Shown here one piece after another: positions 33,401 to 44,224 of a stretch of 64,000 nt of DNA. The DNA comes from Tetramitus jugosus (Eukaryota > Protista > Heterolobosea), in the NCBI GenBank assembly GCA_937625935.1, contig OW569383.1:124001-188000 (forward strand), given 5' to 3'. Positions within the stretch are counted from its first letter, which is position 1, and every line of letters starts with the position of its first letter. The notes beneath the pieces were generated by a model, which had not been told where the DNA came from, did not search any database, and worked only from the letters and a program-made list of their open reading frames with translations. Made by a program: the position numbers and the translations under genes.

Positions 33401-36400
33401 AGGTTCTATCTTACGACTCACTCAAGGTTTTTCTGCCTAATATTCTTCCTGTTCTTGGACAGTATCTCACCGTTCGCAGCTCCGTCGATGATGACATGGG
33501 TGGAGGAATCAGAGATGTGAACAAGCAACTGAAATCAAAACATAGGAACACTATCCAAAAGCAGGATCTTGACAATGAGAGACGTAAGGCCAAGGAAGCT
33601 TCAAAATTATTTAAAGATATTGACAATATTTCGTTGAGAAGTGTTCAGTTGCGCATCATTCGACTTCTCGGAAAGCTAGGTGGAGAGAATGCGTTAATAC
33701 TGAGCGACGAGAAGGAAGAGAACAAACAAGCAATTGCTTGGGACACAAAGGAACGTGTTCAGTTCTCTCTTCCGTTTCGTGATGTAAAACCGGAGATATT
33801 CTACGATCCTATACTGCCTCGGGTCGTTGAGTTGGCTGAATCCTCGAGTGATAGGCAAACTAAGATTGCTGCTGGTGAGTTCTTGCATTCGATCGTTATT
33901 TACATGATTGGAAGGAATGCGTACAGCCCCCAAGCAAGACAAAGAGCACAGCAGAAACTTCAGGAAGAACAAGAAGCACAACGCAGAAGAGAACAGAGTC
34001 AATCAACAAGTGAGACCTCTGAGAACAAAGTAGGTGAGACCTTGTCTGAACCAACTCCGTTTTATCAAATATATGTTCACATCTTCCCTTCGCTTCTGAA
34101 ACTGGCAGTTGATATGGAGGTGGTAACAAAGCAGCTGTTTGAGCCATTGATTTATCAGTTAACTCATTGGCTCACGCAGAATATGCACTATGAGAACAGA
34201 GAAACCATGGCTCTGTTAGATTGCTTGATCGAAGGAGTGTCGAATGCCAAAGATGGTGCATTGAGGGATCTTTGTGCCAATCTATTGAATGAATTTTTGC
34301 GTTGGTCGATAAAGCACGACAAAACTGGAAAGTACGTGAATGCAAAATCTCTATTCCAACGTCTATACAGTCAACTACACCATCCGAACGCTCACAAACG
34401 ATTGGGAGCAGTCTTGGCATTTAATCGCATGTACAGGACCTTCAGAGAAGTGGAGGCCATTGTTGACAAGCATGTTCTAGAGTTGTTGTACAATACTCTC
34501 ACTAGTTTGCGCATTGCAAGTAATTCTGAAGAAGATTTACAAGCGGTCAATTCAGTAATGAATTCATCAGGTAACAACAGTAGCAGCAGTAGTGGCATCG
34601 TGGAGAGAACCAATGAGTTGGTTGAGCACATCGAGAAAGTGATCTTATACAAACACAAATTGTTATCTGTTCCCAAGAGTGACCGAGGGGTGATAACTTG
34701 CTTGAGAGATATGGTTGAATGGGTGTTTGTTCATTGCTCTAGCAATCAAATACTATTGAGAAAGCAATGCATGAGACTCTTTCCAGTATTGTGTATGCAA
34801 TTAGAGGACTTTGATACGGAGGATGGACCAAAGAGATGGGTGTACATGATGACAAAACAGAAGTCAATTGAATTCGTTGTTGGAAACGTTCATCGAGAGT
34901 TGTCAACTATGGAAGGAATACTCAACATGATGGAAGAAAAGAAGACAACTAGTGGACAACTGAATCATTTGCTATTTTGGATGGGTAGCTTAGAAGCCTA
35001 TGTGGACTATCTACTATGGTTGTTCAACGCTCAGATCATGTATCCTCACAGTATTTTCCAAGGACATAATGTTCAAAAAACGGAGAGTGCCGCGAAACGA
35101 ATCAAGTTGTCTGACGGAAACCAAGAAGCGTCCGCGTCTTCAACTGAGGCCCCTACAAATATTCATCCATTGTTTAGTCACATTTTTAAATTTATGAAAG
35201 ATTACGCTTGGAAGAAACCGTTGCAAATCCTGGGATCGATCACTAGCGCAGAGGAAGAGAGATTAAATGCGAAAAAATGTTCGACATTACTAAAAGTGAT
35301 TGACTTCATGGTGTTAATGACAGAAAAGTTTAGTGATACACTCATCAAGCAAGAACTGAAGATTGTAAATACTCGTTTCTTTGGTCTCATACTGACATGC
35401 CTTCTCAATCCCGAACGAGTTGGCTTAAGCACCACCCAAGAGAGTATTCAAGTGGTGCTTCCAAGACAAATCAAGAAAATATTGTATGCTGTGTTGCATG
35501 ATAAGAAACTAAAGGATGGAGGATATGCAACAACGATGGTGGCCACTCTCAAGAAATTGTTGAACAGTGATGGGCGAATCAACTTGAATCGCTTCTCACT
35601 CTCTGATCTTAATTTGAATCTGGACGATGCTACCTTTTTATTTAGAGGCTATCGCTTGATTCACATGCTCAATATACTAGAGGGTAACATTGCCACCAGC
35701 ACACCACAAATGTCAGTCAAGTTGGGAACAATGATCTTCAATTATGAGCAAACTCTGTCTCCAGTGCAATTACAAATATCGAAAGAGCTCTGGGAGCTTT
35801 GTTTTGAATTTGGTTTTCCTCCGCGGTTACTGCTGCAATTTTTGTTGGATGAAACACGTTGCAGTCAGAGTGACTATCTCTCTCAAAGACTCACTCAGAT
35901 TGACGTACAAAGGAATGAGCAATTGAGTAACACAATCACTGTTCTTCCAACAAAGGGTTCCTTGTTCTACAAAAACTTCAAACGAGAAGTCCTATCCTAT
36001 ATTTTGAAACGAGTCGATCTGTTTATCGGTGAGATGGTTGAACAATCAGCACGCTATCATTCTCTAATCGATATCATGTTGGATATCGCTCAGCATCTGA
36101 TTCGTGATTCTAAGCTCGAACGAACGCCATTCGTTGCGAGCATGGCCAAAAATCTTGGTGTGTTGGTCCATAATGTCCTCGTAGGGAAGGAGGATATGTT
36201 TGAATACAACCTTGGTGTGTGCAAGTTGGTCGAGAAACTCTTGATATTGGATACGACGAGCATCACTTGTCAACCCGATACGATATCTATCATATGCAAA
36301 ATGGTTGAGCACGCATTGAAATCCAGGAAAGATGTACACAATCCAACCATGGATTTTAAGCTCCAAGGCATTCGTGTTGTTCCACTTGTTTTACACAAGT

Positions 36401-39400
36401 TACAATCGTCTGATTCTGCCAAACAAACAACTATTCTCTATCAAGTGAGACACATCGTAGTCAACGATTTTCCCTTGTCATATACAGAACTGCAACCGAA
36501 TAGTGCTGCCTACGAAGATCATATCGCTCTTCTAGAGGAACTACTAACTGCAATGTGTAGTAGCAAATCTGTTGAGTTTATGGAACAAGTGTTGCCAATC
36601 TTCAGATGGAAGGACCATCCGATGAAACACAAGATTTCGACTCATTTGAAGCGATTTATCGTTGCACTTCCATCAGAGCAAATCTTAATTTGCATGAATA
36701 TGTGCTTGAAAACCTTATTCAACGAGACATTACCAATGGATATTCGACAAAACATTGTTCAGTGGGTTTGTCTTCTCTGTGCACAGACTATTCATCCATC
36801 AGTCCTAACCAAGTTCTTTGAGCAGAACATTAAGAAAATAGCTCAATCCATCACAACCACAGTGAATTATGATCCCACAGTCATAAATCAAGATGATATG
36901 AGAGCTGTGTACGTCACTAAAACTTGTTGCTTCAATTTGATTGAAGCAATGTATCGGTTATTGCCAGCGATCACAGTTAAAGATTCCATTAATAAGATTT
37001 TCGGTGACAACAAGGATGGTTTATCTGGAAAGGAGCTCACTGAGAAAGTGATGCGTGCAGCGTACACTGCGCGTTCATTCCGTCCATCCGATGAAGAGAT
37101 GAGAGTAGTGGGATATTCGTTGATGATGGAGTATCACACATCAGCATACAATGCACTTGCTGGAGCTGTTAAGTGTACTCAAACGCAAGAAAAGTTCTAC
37201 ACCGGTTTCCTATTTAAGGAGAAGAATAATGACTTGTGGAACAATATTGTTGATATCCAAAAGAAGTATGACTTCCAAATTGAAACAAACTTCTCGCTGT
37301 ACAACAAAGCCGTTCAAGAGCTTCGCATCGACACGACAAAGACCAGCGAAGATCGAGGAAACTTCCGTCTAAAGTATTTATCATCTCAATACTTGTCGGA
37401 CAGTAGTCTGAGCTCAGATATTCCATATATTGGTTCCTTTTTCGTTCCGGGAAGTCGGTACGCGACAGCCGCTGTAGTCGATAATAAGTCTGATGAGGAG
37501 AGTAGCGCATCAATGACCAACGATTCAAACAAGGAGAAGCCTGATATTGAAAGTGAAGAAACACTCGAACTTGATGAAGTCAATTCCAACCCATGTATGG
37601 TAACCATATTACGTATAGTGGACTATCTGACTCATACGTTCAAACCGGACAAAAAAGTAATGCCAAGTTGGATGAATGAACTGTTTAATACGTTAGATGA
37701 TGAAACAACACATCCAAATGTTAAAATATTTATTGCCAAGATTATTATCAACAAGTCATCGGTTTTTGAACCATACGCGACGAAGTTGTTTGCACCATTG
37801 ATTCGGTTGGTCATCTCAAAGGACAATGGTGGCACTGGCATCCACTATTTTGTGAGAGACATGGTCGTACTACTGCTCAAGTGGAAAGATATGATGCCCT
37901 CTGATACAACAGAAGATAGAAGTCTTGCATCAGCTCTTGTTGCCTATTTGATGAAACACTGCGCTCACCAAAAACGTTTGATTCTCAGATCTAATCTCGA
38001 ATTGATCAAATTTCTTGTTGAGAAGTGGCGCAATCGAATCTCAATCCAAAAGAACATAATTCTCGGTTGGATATGCTTCGATCAACAGTCTGCATCGGCG
38101 AAATTAGCCAGAACAACTGGCCTTCAATTACTGGGTGTCATACTTGCGAATGATATCGCTGCTTATGACCATGAATTGGATATTTCAATAATCGCAGAAC
38201 AAAAATTCTATGACAAAATTATTGAGAACTTGAAATTCCAAAACAAAGACGTGTATGAATCAGCGGCTGAAGTCGCAGGTATGCTTCTCAACCAACTGAT
38301 GAATACCAATCAAGCAGAGGAGCGTGTCGATCAGAGTATACAAATGTTTGAGCAAACACTGTTGGCAATGCTAAATTCTTTCATATATGCTAAACAATAT
38401 GACCGCTTGCTAAACTGCCTCAACAAGATTGGAATTCATTGCACAACATTTTTGGACCACTTCCTACCGACAAAAATTCTGGACATTATGCCTCATCTGT
38501 ATGGTGTATTTAAGAAAATTGCACTGCAAATTATTTGTTGGAGAGCTGAAAATATTGAAAATTTGTATCTTCACTTGAAACCTTACATTCCGCAATTTCT
38601 GCATCACCAAGAAGAGACAACTCAACTGCTGGTCCTCCAAATCATCCTCAAGTTAGCAAGAACAATGACAAAAGATGATGTTTTTCATTTTGTGCGAGTA
38701 ATTAAGGAGCAACTTCATGAGAATGAGGAAGTGTTTCACTCCACATTTTCCGAAGAAAGTAGAACTCTTTATTACAACATTCTCATATGGCTATTTGATA
38801 ACAAGGAAGGATTCAGAAATGAGGAGATTATTCGAACAGAATTATTGAAAGGATTAAACGATCAATCCGAACCAATCAGGAGAAAGATACTAGAGTTCTG
38901 GGATCAAGAATCAAGATTATCTGTCCAATCGATCAATCGGTTAGAACAAATGTTTACCATGCTATATTCCCAGAAATCAGGAGAACAATGGTTAAACAAT
39001 GCCTCTTTTCTTTTATTGCAACTGCTTCATCGCAGCCCTGATTTCACTGACTCCAAGGCTCTCTTCTCGGAGAGTCTCTCGGATTGTGAGTTTAAGGAAT
39101 ATCAGGTTGATCTCTCATGGCAGAGCAGAAGCTTGCCAATGACTCCTCTCTTCTCATCGCATCAAGGCTCTGATCCAATCATGAATTCATACTCATCTCT
39201 CCAATCATTTAGTGCATCCTACAACCCAGACGCGATTGTCAAGGTAGAACCAAACGACAATGAAGATCAAAAAGGGAACATGAATCGATCGGGAGTTATC
39301 AAAGCAACTCAAACAGCTCAATTTTCCTTAACCCAATTCGGTTCTTCTATTCGAGAGTCTCTCTCTGATCCGACTTTGACCCAAACGAGTCTTCTCTTCA

Positions 39401-42400
39401 CTCCCTTTAAAAGAATCTCGACCCAAACAAGCAATGAAGCGATGGAACAACCTGGTCACAGTACTGGTAGTAATCTGCGGTTAAGAAGAAGATTCTTTGC
39501 TCTAAAAGACACACAGTCTACTCTAAATCAAGCTAAGCGAGCCGTTCGCATGAAAAAAGAACGAGAAGCTTGGGAAGCGAAACAAAAGATGCAGAGAAGA
39601 AATAAGATTGAGCTGTACAGAACATATCGTACAGGAGAACTACCGGATATTCAGATTGCTGTCAGAGAACTTATTGTTCCCCTACAAGCATTATGTTTAA
39701 CAGATATGAAGATAGCGAAGGATACCTTTATTTCTTTATACTCTGCAATTCATCCATCTCTCACATCGAGCGAAAATCACACTACCATCGAGAATATTAT
39801 GCGCTACTTTGAAACAATGATGTCACAATCAAAGGACTGTCCCCTGCTTATATCTAGTCTGTTGTCTCTGTGCTTGAAGCACCCGGATATAATCAACTCT
39901 ACCGCACAATCTATTTCTCCCAACCTGATCAGGGAGGCCAGCTTGCAAAGTCGCAATGTCGAACTAGGTGTACTTGTATTGGAGAAGTACATATCATCAA
40001 AGTTCTTACAAGAGAAAGATGTCAGCAATGACGAAGACCCGATGTCGGACGATGAAGAAAATGAACAAAAGAGTAAGCTCAATTCTATGGAAGCAAAACA
40101 AAGACTAGATTGTTGGATCGAACTTGGTAAGTTATACAAAGCCGTGAAGGATGATGATGTGGTTCGATCAATATTTGAGAATAATGTGTCCGATCAAGCA
40201 ATCACCCACAAGAGTTTGAATCATGAACTGCAAGGAGAATTCAATGAAGCAGCCAAGATTTACATGGAAGGAACGAAGGATTATTTGAACGGATGGAAGG
40301 GTAAGGATGAGCCTCGCCCACACAAGCAAGAGGTAGAATTCTGGAGAGAAAGGCAACTGGAATGCTTCCGTAAACTTTCCATGTGGGACAAACTCTCTGA
40401 ATGTATCAGCAGAGATGTGAAAGGTGACGACAGCAACAATTCTATAATGCATATTTGGAATATGAAGAATACTGATACACTGTTGCCACTCTACATTGAG
40501 AGTCAGCTCAAATCATCAACAGATCAGTCTGAGTTCCAGCAATTTTTGGCTGAAAGTTTTGAAGATGAGACGCGAAGAAGCATCTTGGAATTACGATTCA
40601 GTCCCGAGCTCGCTGCTTATTCCATCATGATTGGACAGAATGAAAAAGCGAAATCGCATGTCATTGATGCATATGGACAATTCGTTGTGAGTTGGTCCTC
40701 TCTAAATAGTTTATCGAAGACAGAGAGACATTCTCTGCTTCAAAAACTACAGAGATTAGTAGAAATTGAGGAGTATGTGAATTTCTTGCACATTCCTCCT
40801 CAATCTAAAATGAATGGCTTCCTCAAACTGATCAACACATGGAAGTATAGAACACCGTCAATGACTCTCGACGATATACATGTGTGGGATAATATTGTTT
40901 GTAACAGAGATAAGTTGCTTGACAACCTCGCAAAACAAGCCTTATCTATTGCTGTTAAGGTAGAAAATAATAGTTTTGCAAGAGTGATGGATGATGTGTC
41001 TCAGACCTTCAATCCTTCATCTTCTTCGTTGGATATAATGGATAGCCTAAATGTAACAGACATTGACTCAAACAAGAAAAACCACCTTGATGTGTCCTCG
41101 ATAGGGGAAATGATCACGAAAGAGCGAACAAGTATGTTTATTAAAGCTGCGAGAGCCGTACGGAAGCAATTCTATACGTCAGCAGCTCAAAAATATCTGA
41201 AGCAATCGAAAACGTCCAATGAGAGTTCAGAACTTGATTTTCAATTTTTCTCGTCGCTTGTGAAGCTGATGAATATTAAGGGTGTTAAACATCAGGAGTA
41301 TTGTACAAAGTTTGATGCAACCTTATCCTTCTTCAGCAAACAGGAAGAAAAATATTGCTCAGAACAAGCCTCGATAAGCACCAAAATCAAATTCCAATGT
41401 CTAAAGGCCAAGACCTATATTAAGTACGCTGAATCACTCGAAAGGCACGAAGAAAAATCAAACAAGTTTGGAACGGCATCACAGTTGTATGAAACCGCAC
41501 TAACAATACTTCAGAAAACAAGTCGAATTGCACGTGAGAATGCACTCACTACCGGCGTTACAGCCACAGGAAAAGTGTATATGACCTTTGGAACTTTGTG
41601 CGATAACCTCCTTAAAACAGAGTCAAACATAACCATATCTCCCACAAAGGAACAACTTGCTATCTCTGTGGTCAATAGTTTCTTGTCTGCCATGCAATGT
41701 GATTCCCAACAAGCCACAGCAAAGTTTCCTCGATTATTAGAACTATTGGAGAAATATTCTGACTCAAGAAATGAATTTAAGAGATTCATTAACGACAAAA
41801 CAATGTTAATTCCGAGCTACATGTTCATTCCATGGATATCTCAAATATTAGGACATTTGAATGGTGATGAAGCTTCGTATCTATTACCAATTTTGGACTC
41901 GATCGCTACAGCGTACCCAAATGCTCTCTATTTCCCTTTAAATATTAGTCGATCAGATATAACAAATCCGAACACAAACACTCAGGCGAAAATATCAAGC
42001 TTGGAACAAAGGTTGAGAAATCCAGTATTGGATCAAGTTATATCCTCTCTGAGAGATTTAGATCATCCCGAGCTGAGGTTCAAATCTTGGATCGACGAAA
42101 TCAAGTCCGTATACAAGCAATGCGCTCATAACCAAACACAGCTTCAAGCTGAGCTCAAATCAATTTGGGCCAAAACTTTTGATGATCTGTTTGATGTCAG
42201 TAAACCTTATTCTGGAGTCTATAATAAGCGATTTGCCAAGAATTGGTCTCCCATTATGAAGAAGGAGTTTGGAGGTCGAGATGGAGCAAAGATTATTCAA
42301 CTAGATGTGAGAAACTTTGAAAAGAAGGCTCTCAAATACATGATGGAGATGAGAAAGACAAAGGGTGCCTTACAACCTGGAAAGATGAAGCTTAATTATT

Positions 42401-43824
42401 TCTCTCAATACCTAGCAGACTTTGACTCCAGTTCTGATCCTAGCTTCTCTGCTATCGAAATACCTGGACAATATGGCACACACGAGAAACCTGATGTGGA
42501 GAACAATATTAAGATTGTTGGTTTTGATCCCTCTATTCTTGTCATGGGGTCTTTGAGAAGACCAAAGAGAATCAAGATTCATGGCACAGATGAGAAAGAA
42601 TACATGTTTCTTGTGAAGGGAGGTGAAGACTTGCGCCAAGATCAAAGAGTTCAACAATTATTCGAAGTGATGAACAACGTGTTACGCAGTGATCCTGTCT
42701 CTTGCAAGAGAAATCTTCATCTTAAAACGTACAGTGTTGTACCCATGGCTAAAGATGTCGGTATTATTGAATGGGTGGACAACACGAGACCGTTAAAAGC
42801 TCTAATCGAAGAGGAGTTGTCACGGAGCATCAACACACCGAATGCTGAGATATTGAGACATCCTACAACTATTATGCACATGAATATGCTGAAAAGTGTT
42901 CAACCAAAAGATGTTCAATTGAATCAAGCACAACAATATCTTTGTCTCTTCCAAAAGGGGAAGAGGGAGATGGTGGAAGCACTGATATCTGAGCAATATA
43001 AGCTAATTCCTCCAGATCTGTTAAAGAACAGTATCATGTCTCTGGCTTCTTCTGCTGAAGCATTCTTTACACTACGAAACAGGTATTCTAAGAGCTTGGC
43101 TGTGTTTAACACCTGTTCCTATATTTTGGGAATCGGAGATAGACATTTGGAGAACTTTTTATTGGATTGTTCGGATGGTCAAATACTTGGTATCGACTTT
43201 GGACATGCGTTCGGCTCTGCCACAGAGATACTTCCTGTTCCAGAACTCATGCCCTTCCGATTAACTCGTCAATTGCTTCATGTCATGCATCCGTTGTCTG
43301 CCTCCAATAATTTAACTATGTACCAACAGGATGGGATGGTGATTGGTGGCGGATTGTACAAAGAAAGTATGATCCATACGTTAAGCGCATTGCATCACAA
43401 TCAAGATATACTGCTGAATACGATGGATGTATTTATCAAGGAACCATTAGTCGATTGGCTCAAATTCGCCAACAGGAACAAGCAACAAAACAGCGAAGAG
43501 GAACAGTCATCATCGAATCAAAACTCAAGTGCCACCCAATCGTGGTATCCTCAACGAAAGATTCGATTGGCTGAACAAAAGCTCAGCCTGGTGAATCCTG
43601 TGCATATCACATTGGATGATGTCAACTCAAATCCTCATTTGAAACAAGTTCTCAAATACATTGAACAAGTCGTAAAAGGAGACGAAGGATTAAACATTCG
43701 AGCTCAGATACCTGTAAGCACCCCATGCAATTCAGTTAAGCAGCAAGTGGAATGCTTGATTGATATGGCCACAGATCCAAACATTTTGGGAAGAACCTAT
43801 ATTGGTTGGTGCTCTCACTTCTAG
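30478..43824 (+). CDS. PRKDC: DNA-dependent protein kinase catalytic subunit (4448 aa, single exon)
   Basis: SSDRQTKIAAGEFLHS, LYRTYRTGELPDIQI, FAT region, PIKK domain (FLVKGGEDLRQDQR, YILGIGDRHLENFL, IDFGHAFG, LPVPELMPFRLT) and FATC (DMATDPNILGRTYIGW). Confidence 0.97.
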   Translation: MQALERNFQLLFSIIGHNNNNNSNNDISNNETSSSSSSDHMNRIVLLNPINIISDMNDQISRLTIDMNNNSHNNNNNNNNDDDVSGAISHMLFNEQKSIFHIVDHLLKMRHSLQFSDENKKTSIYTRKAILDLVNNYMKIILSRHHHNSSHSGSSSSNNNNNNNNNSGLIDYAHHIQVWCFQILRRDDSSVVRVSAIAPLIQLVEHDLLNQQQQQSTFTTNNNNAASSSSSSTSSSSSSSNDSSSMMMMTTNAGHIFDVLMPLLKKKVGRSSSSSSSSGGLSNTLFSQMLILLAKLCQYYPSEMTTNNRYRQLFQVMMETLNHQSNKALPDSQLIVGAFKGIECYLYQFEPFDTTMTNTSGVVSSSSSSSSAVASTSRSSSSSTGSSLGMLYSYMTISLERTDASRHDIPKAALSLLATHAYPFREYLTVDAEKMYERMKLLCNHRNDKVRKHAFRALDAYLSHVAHELVMSSNTVGEGSQRVRSVELNQRAFFILLDQFKQMLDLKKNNNSNNNGSNTSSPQLWNNKNTLSMAIRSFGQFAAPMSRFLGQADTKLILLKLLKMSDQLLTRSQEELEESISHLPSFLSVFANLILQLDTVDGWVIDHLERIFGVLFLVYPKQFLFPKYRYANYISVMKLFVALYLKQNSLDLLLSRIVFQGLTLTISNSTSSSTAATPSADEEESVQAQSMNDSDSSVPLHVQYLDLWSNMLNPKNIQLVKWNFPWVQLNFGTDLQDHMFSVIYDRVLNSIIDMINKLDVRCKVVSISNNNAAEKNAENSESSNITDIRPANPKDYELYLNLVEFSKEFLRKCQPRHCTRWVYILSKVLIDKVQRFPHASGFFKILTIVMKISEQFNYFEGITEKSQIYDVIISSPPDSTAETGNQLYQQLFVPDDKTRVSCFHLLSKFCKSTIMGLHEQKGDMLAASLCFILAMPKQFISTELFVLPLNIAFEMGRSYLPLASVGLTALEYYMKVLSYDSLKVFLPNILPVLGQYLTVRSSVDDDMGGGIRDVNKQLKSKHRNTIQKQDLDNERRKAKEASKLFKDIDNISLRSVQLRIIRLLGKLGGENALILSDEKEENKQAIAWDTKERVQFSLPFRDVKPEIFYDPILPRVVELAESSSDRQTKIAAGEFLHSIVIYMIGRNAYSPQARQRAQQKLQEEQEAQRRREQSQSTSETSENKVGETLSEPTPFYQIYVHIFPSLLKLAVDMEVVTKQLFEPLIYQLTHWLTQNMHYENRETMALLDCLIEGVSNAKDGALRDLCANLLNEFLRWSIKHDKTGKYVNAKSLFQRLYSQLHHPNAHKRLGAVLAFNRMYRTFREVEAIVDKHVLELLYNTLTSLRIASNSEEDLQAVNSVMNSSGNNSSSSSGIVERTNELVEHIEKVILYKHKLLSVPKSDRGVITCLRDMVEWVFVHCSSNQILLRKQCMRLFPVLCMQLEDFDTEDGPKRWVYMMTKQKSIEFVVGNVHRELSTMEGILNMMEEKKTTSGQLNHLLFWMGSLEAYVDYLLWLFNAQIMYPHSIFQGHNVQKTESAAKRIKLSDGNQEASASSTEAPTNIHPLFSHIFKFMKDYAWKKPLQILGSITSAEEERLNAKKCSTLLKVIDFMVLMTEKFSDTLIKQELKIVNTRFFGLILTCLLNPERVGLSTTQESIQVVLPRQIKKILYAVLHDKKLKDGGYATTMVATLKKLLNSDGRINLNRFSLSDLNLNLDDATFLFRGYRLIHMLNILEGNIATSTPQMSVKLGTMIFNYEQTLSPVQLQISKELWELCFEFGFPPRLLLQFLLDETRCSQSDYLSQRLTQIDVQRNEQLSNTITVLPTKGSLFYKNFKREVLSYILKRVDLFIGEMVEQSARYHSLIDIMLDIAQHLIRDSKLERTPFVASMAKNLGVLVHNVLVGKEDMFEYNLGVCKLVEKLLILDTTSITCQPDTISIICKMVEHALKSRKDVHNPTMDFKLQGIRVVPLVLHKLQSSDSAKQTTILYQVRHIVVNDFPLSYTELQPNSAAYEDHIALLEELLTAMCSSKSVEFMEQVLPIFRWKDHPMKHKISTHLKRFIVALPSEQILICMNMCLKTLFNETLPMDIRQNIVQWVCLLCAQTIHPSVLTKFFEQNIKKIAQSITTTVNYDPTVINQDDMRAVYVTKTCCFNLIEAMYRLLPAITVKDSINKIFGDNKDGLSGKELTEKVMRAAYTARSFRPSDEEMRVVGYSLMMEYHTSAYNALAGAVKCTQTQEKFYTGFLFKEKNNDLWNNIVDIQKKYDFQIETNFSLYNKAVQELRIDTTKTSEDRGNFRLKYLSSQYLSDSSLSSDIPYIGSFFVPGSRYATAAVVDNKSDEESSASMTNDSNKEKPDIESEETLELDEVNSNPCMVTILRIVDYLTHTFKPDKKVMPSWMNELFNTLDDETTHPNVKIFIAKIIINKSSVFEPYATKLFAPLIRLVISKDNGGTGIHYFVRDMVVLLLKWKDMMPSDTTEDRSLASALVAYLMKHCAHQKRLILRSNLELIKFLVEKWRNRISIQKNIILGWICFDQQSASAKLARTTGLQLLGVILANDIAAYDHELDISIIAEQKFYDKIIENLKFQNKDVYESAAEVAGMLLNQLMNTNQAEERVDQSIQMFEQTLLAMLNSFIYAKQYDRLLNCLNKIGIHCTTFLDHFLPTKILDIMPHLYGVFKKIALQIICWRAENIENLYLHLKPYIPQFLHHQEETTQLLVLQIILKLARTMTKDDVFHFVRVIKEQLHENEEVFHSTFSEESRTLYYNILIWLFDNKEGFRNEEIIRTELLKGLNDQSEPIRRKILEFWDQESRLSVQSINRLEQMFTMLYSQKSGEQWLNNASFLLLQLLHRSPDFTDSKALFSESLSDCEFKEYQVDLSWQSRSLPMTPLFSSHQGSDPIMNSYSSLQSFSASYNPDAIVKVEPNDNEDQKGNMNRSGVIKATQTAQFSLTQFGSSIRESLSDPTLTQTSLLFTPFKRISTQTSNEAMEQPGHSTGSNLRLRRRFFALKDTQSTLNQAKRAVRMKKEREAWEAKQKMQRRNKIELYRTYRTGELPDIQIAVRELIVPLQALCLTDMKIAKDTFISLYSAIHPSLTSSENHTTIENIMRYFETMMSQSKDCPLLISSLLSLCLKHPDIINSTAQSISPNLIREASLQSRNVELGVLVLEKYISSKFLQEKDVSNDEDPMSDDEENEQKSKLNSMEAKQRLDCWIELGKLYKAVKDDDVVRSIFENNVSDQAITHKSLNHELQGEFNEAAKIYMEGTKDYLNGWKGKDEPRPHKQEVEFWRERQLECFRKLSMWDKLSECISRDVKGDDSNNSIMHIWNMKNTDTLLPLYIESQLKSSTDQSEFQQFLAESFEDETRRSILELRFSPELAAYSIMIGQNEKAKSHVIDAYGQFVVSWSSLNSLSKTERHSLLQKLQRLVEIEEYVNFLHIPPQSKMNGFLKLINTWKYRTPSMTLDDIHVWDNIVCNRDKLLDNLAKQALSIAVKVENNSFARVMDDVSQTFNPSSSSLDIMDSLNVTDIDSNKKNHLDVSSIGEMITKERTSMFIKAARAVRKQFYTSAAQKYLKQSKTSNESSELDFQFFSSLVKLMNIKGVKHQEYCTKFDATLSFFSKQEEKYCSEQASISTKIKFQCLKAKTYIKYAESLERHEEKSNKFGTASQLYETALTILQKTSRIARENALTTGVTATGKVYMTFGTLCDNLLKTESNITISPTKEQLAISVVNSFLSAMQCDSQQATAKFPRLLELLEKYSDSRNEFKRFINDKTMLIPSYMFIPWISQILGHLNGDEASYLLPILDSIATAYPNALYFPLNISRSDITNPNTNTQAKISSLEQRLRNPVLDQVISSLRDLDHPELRFKSWIDEIKSVYKQCAHNQTQLQAELKSIWAKTFDDLFDVSKPYSGVYNKRFAKNWSPIMKKEFGGRDGAKIIQLDVRNFEKKALKYMMEMRKTKGALQPGKMKLNYFSQYLADFDSSSDPSFSAIEIPGQYGTHEKPDVENNIKIVGFDPSILVMGSLRRPKRIKIHGTDEKEYMFLVKGGEDLRQDQRVQQLFEVMNNVLRSDPVSCKRNLHLKTYSVVPMAKDVGIIEWVDNTRPLKALIEEELSRSINTPNAEILRHPTTIMHMNMLKSVQPKDVQLNQAQQYLCLFQKGKREMVEALISEQYKLIPPDLLKNSIMSLASSAEAFFTLRNRYSKSLAVFNTCSYILGIGDRHLENFLLDCSDGQILGIDFGHAFGSATEILPVPELMPFRLTRQLLHVMHPLSASNNLTMYQQDGMVIGGGLYKESMIHTLSALHHNQDILLNTMDVFIKEPLVDWLKFANRNKQQNSEEEQSSSNQNSSATQSWYPQRKIRLAEQKLSLVNPVHITLDDVNSNPHLKQVLKYIEQVVKGDEGLNIRAQIPVSTPCNSVKQQVECLIDMATDPNILGRTYIGWCSHF

Positions 43825-44224
43825 CTCAAGGTTCTTCGCAACCTTCCGATTCTACGCAGAATACGGTTTGGTAATCGTTCCCTCTCAACTCACTGAAAAC
43901 AAGAAACTCAGAGGATGGCACAGCGAGCTTTGACTTGTTGTCGACATGCATTGATTGAAGCCAATCTGGAAGGGAGGAAGATTATTATTCCAAAAAAGCT
44001 CCGGATGTCGTGTTCTGTCGACTGTTATTGGAGATTTGGATGAACCCGACATCGATTGTTCTTCTTTCCATTTGAAACCAAACGGAGATCTGTCAGATAT
44101 CCCCGTACACCCCTAGGGCAACTTTTGGAGGTTCCAACAGAGCAGTCAACTCAGTCGGAGAGCGACAAATTATTGGGCCAACATTCATAATATCATCCGT
44201 ATCAAAGAAGTCATAACAGCAATA

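Noticed and set aside
7935-43824. Functional V(D)J-like cluster of a RAG1-like gene and DNA-PKcs
   Set aside because: They are about 20 kb apart with many unrelated genes between, and no RSS-flanked segment array is visible; co-location is most simply chance.
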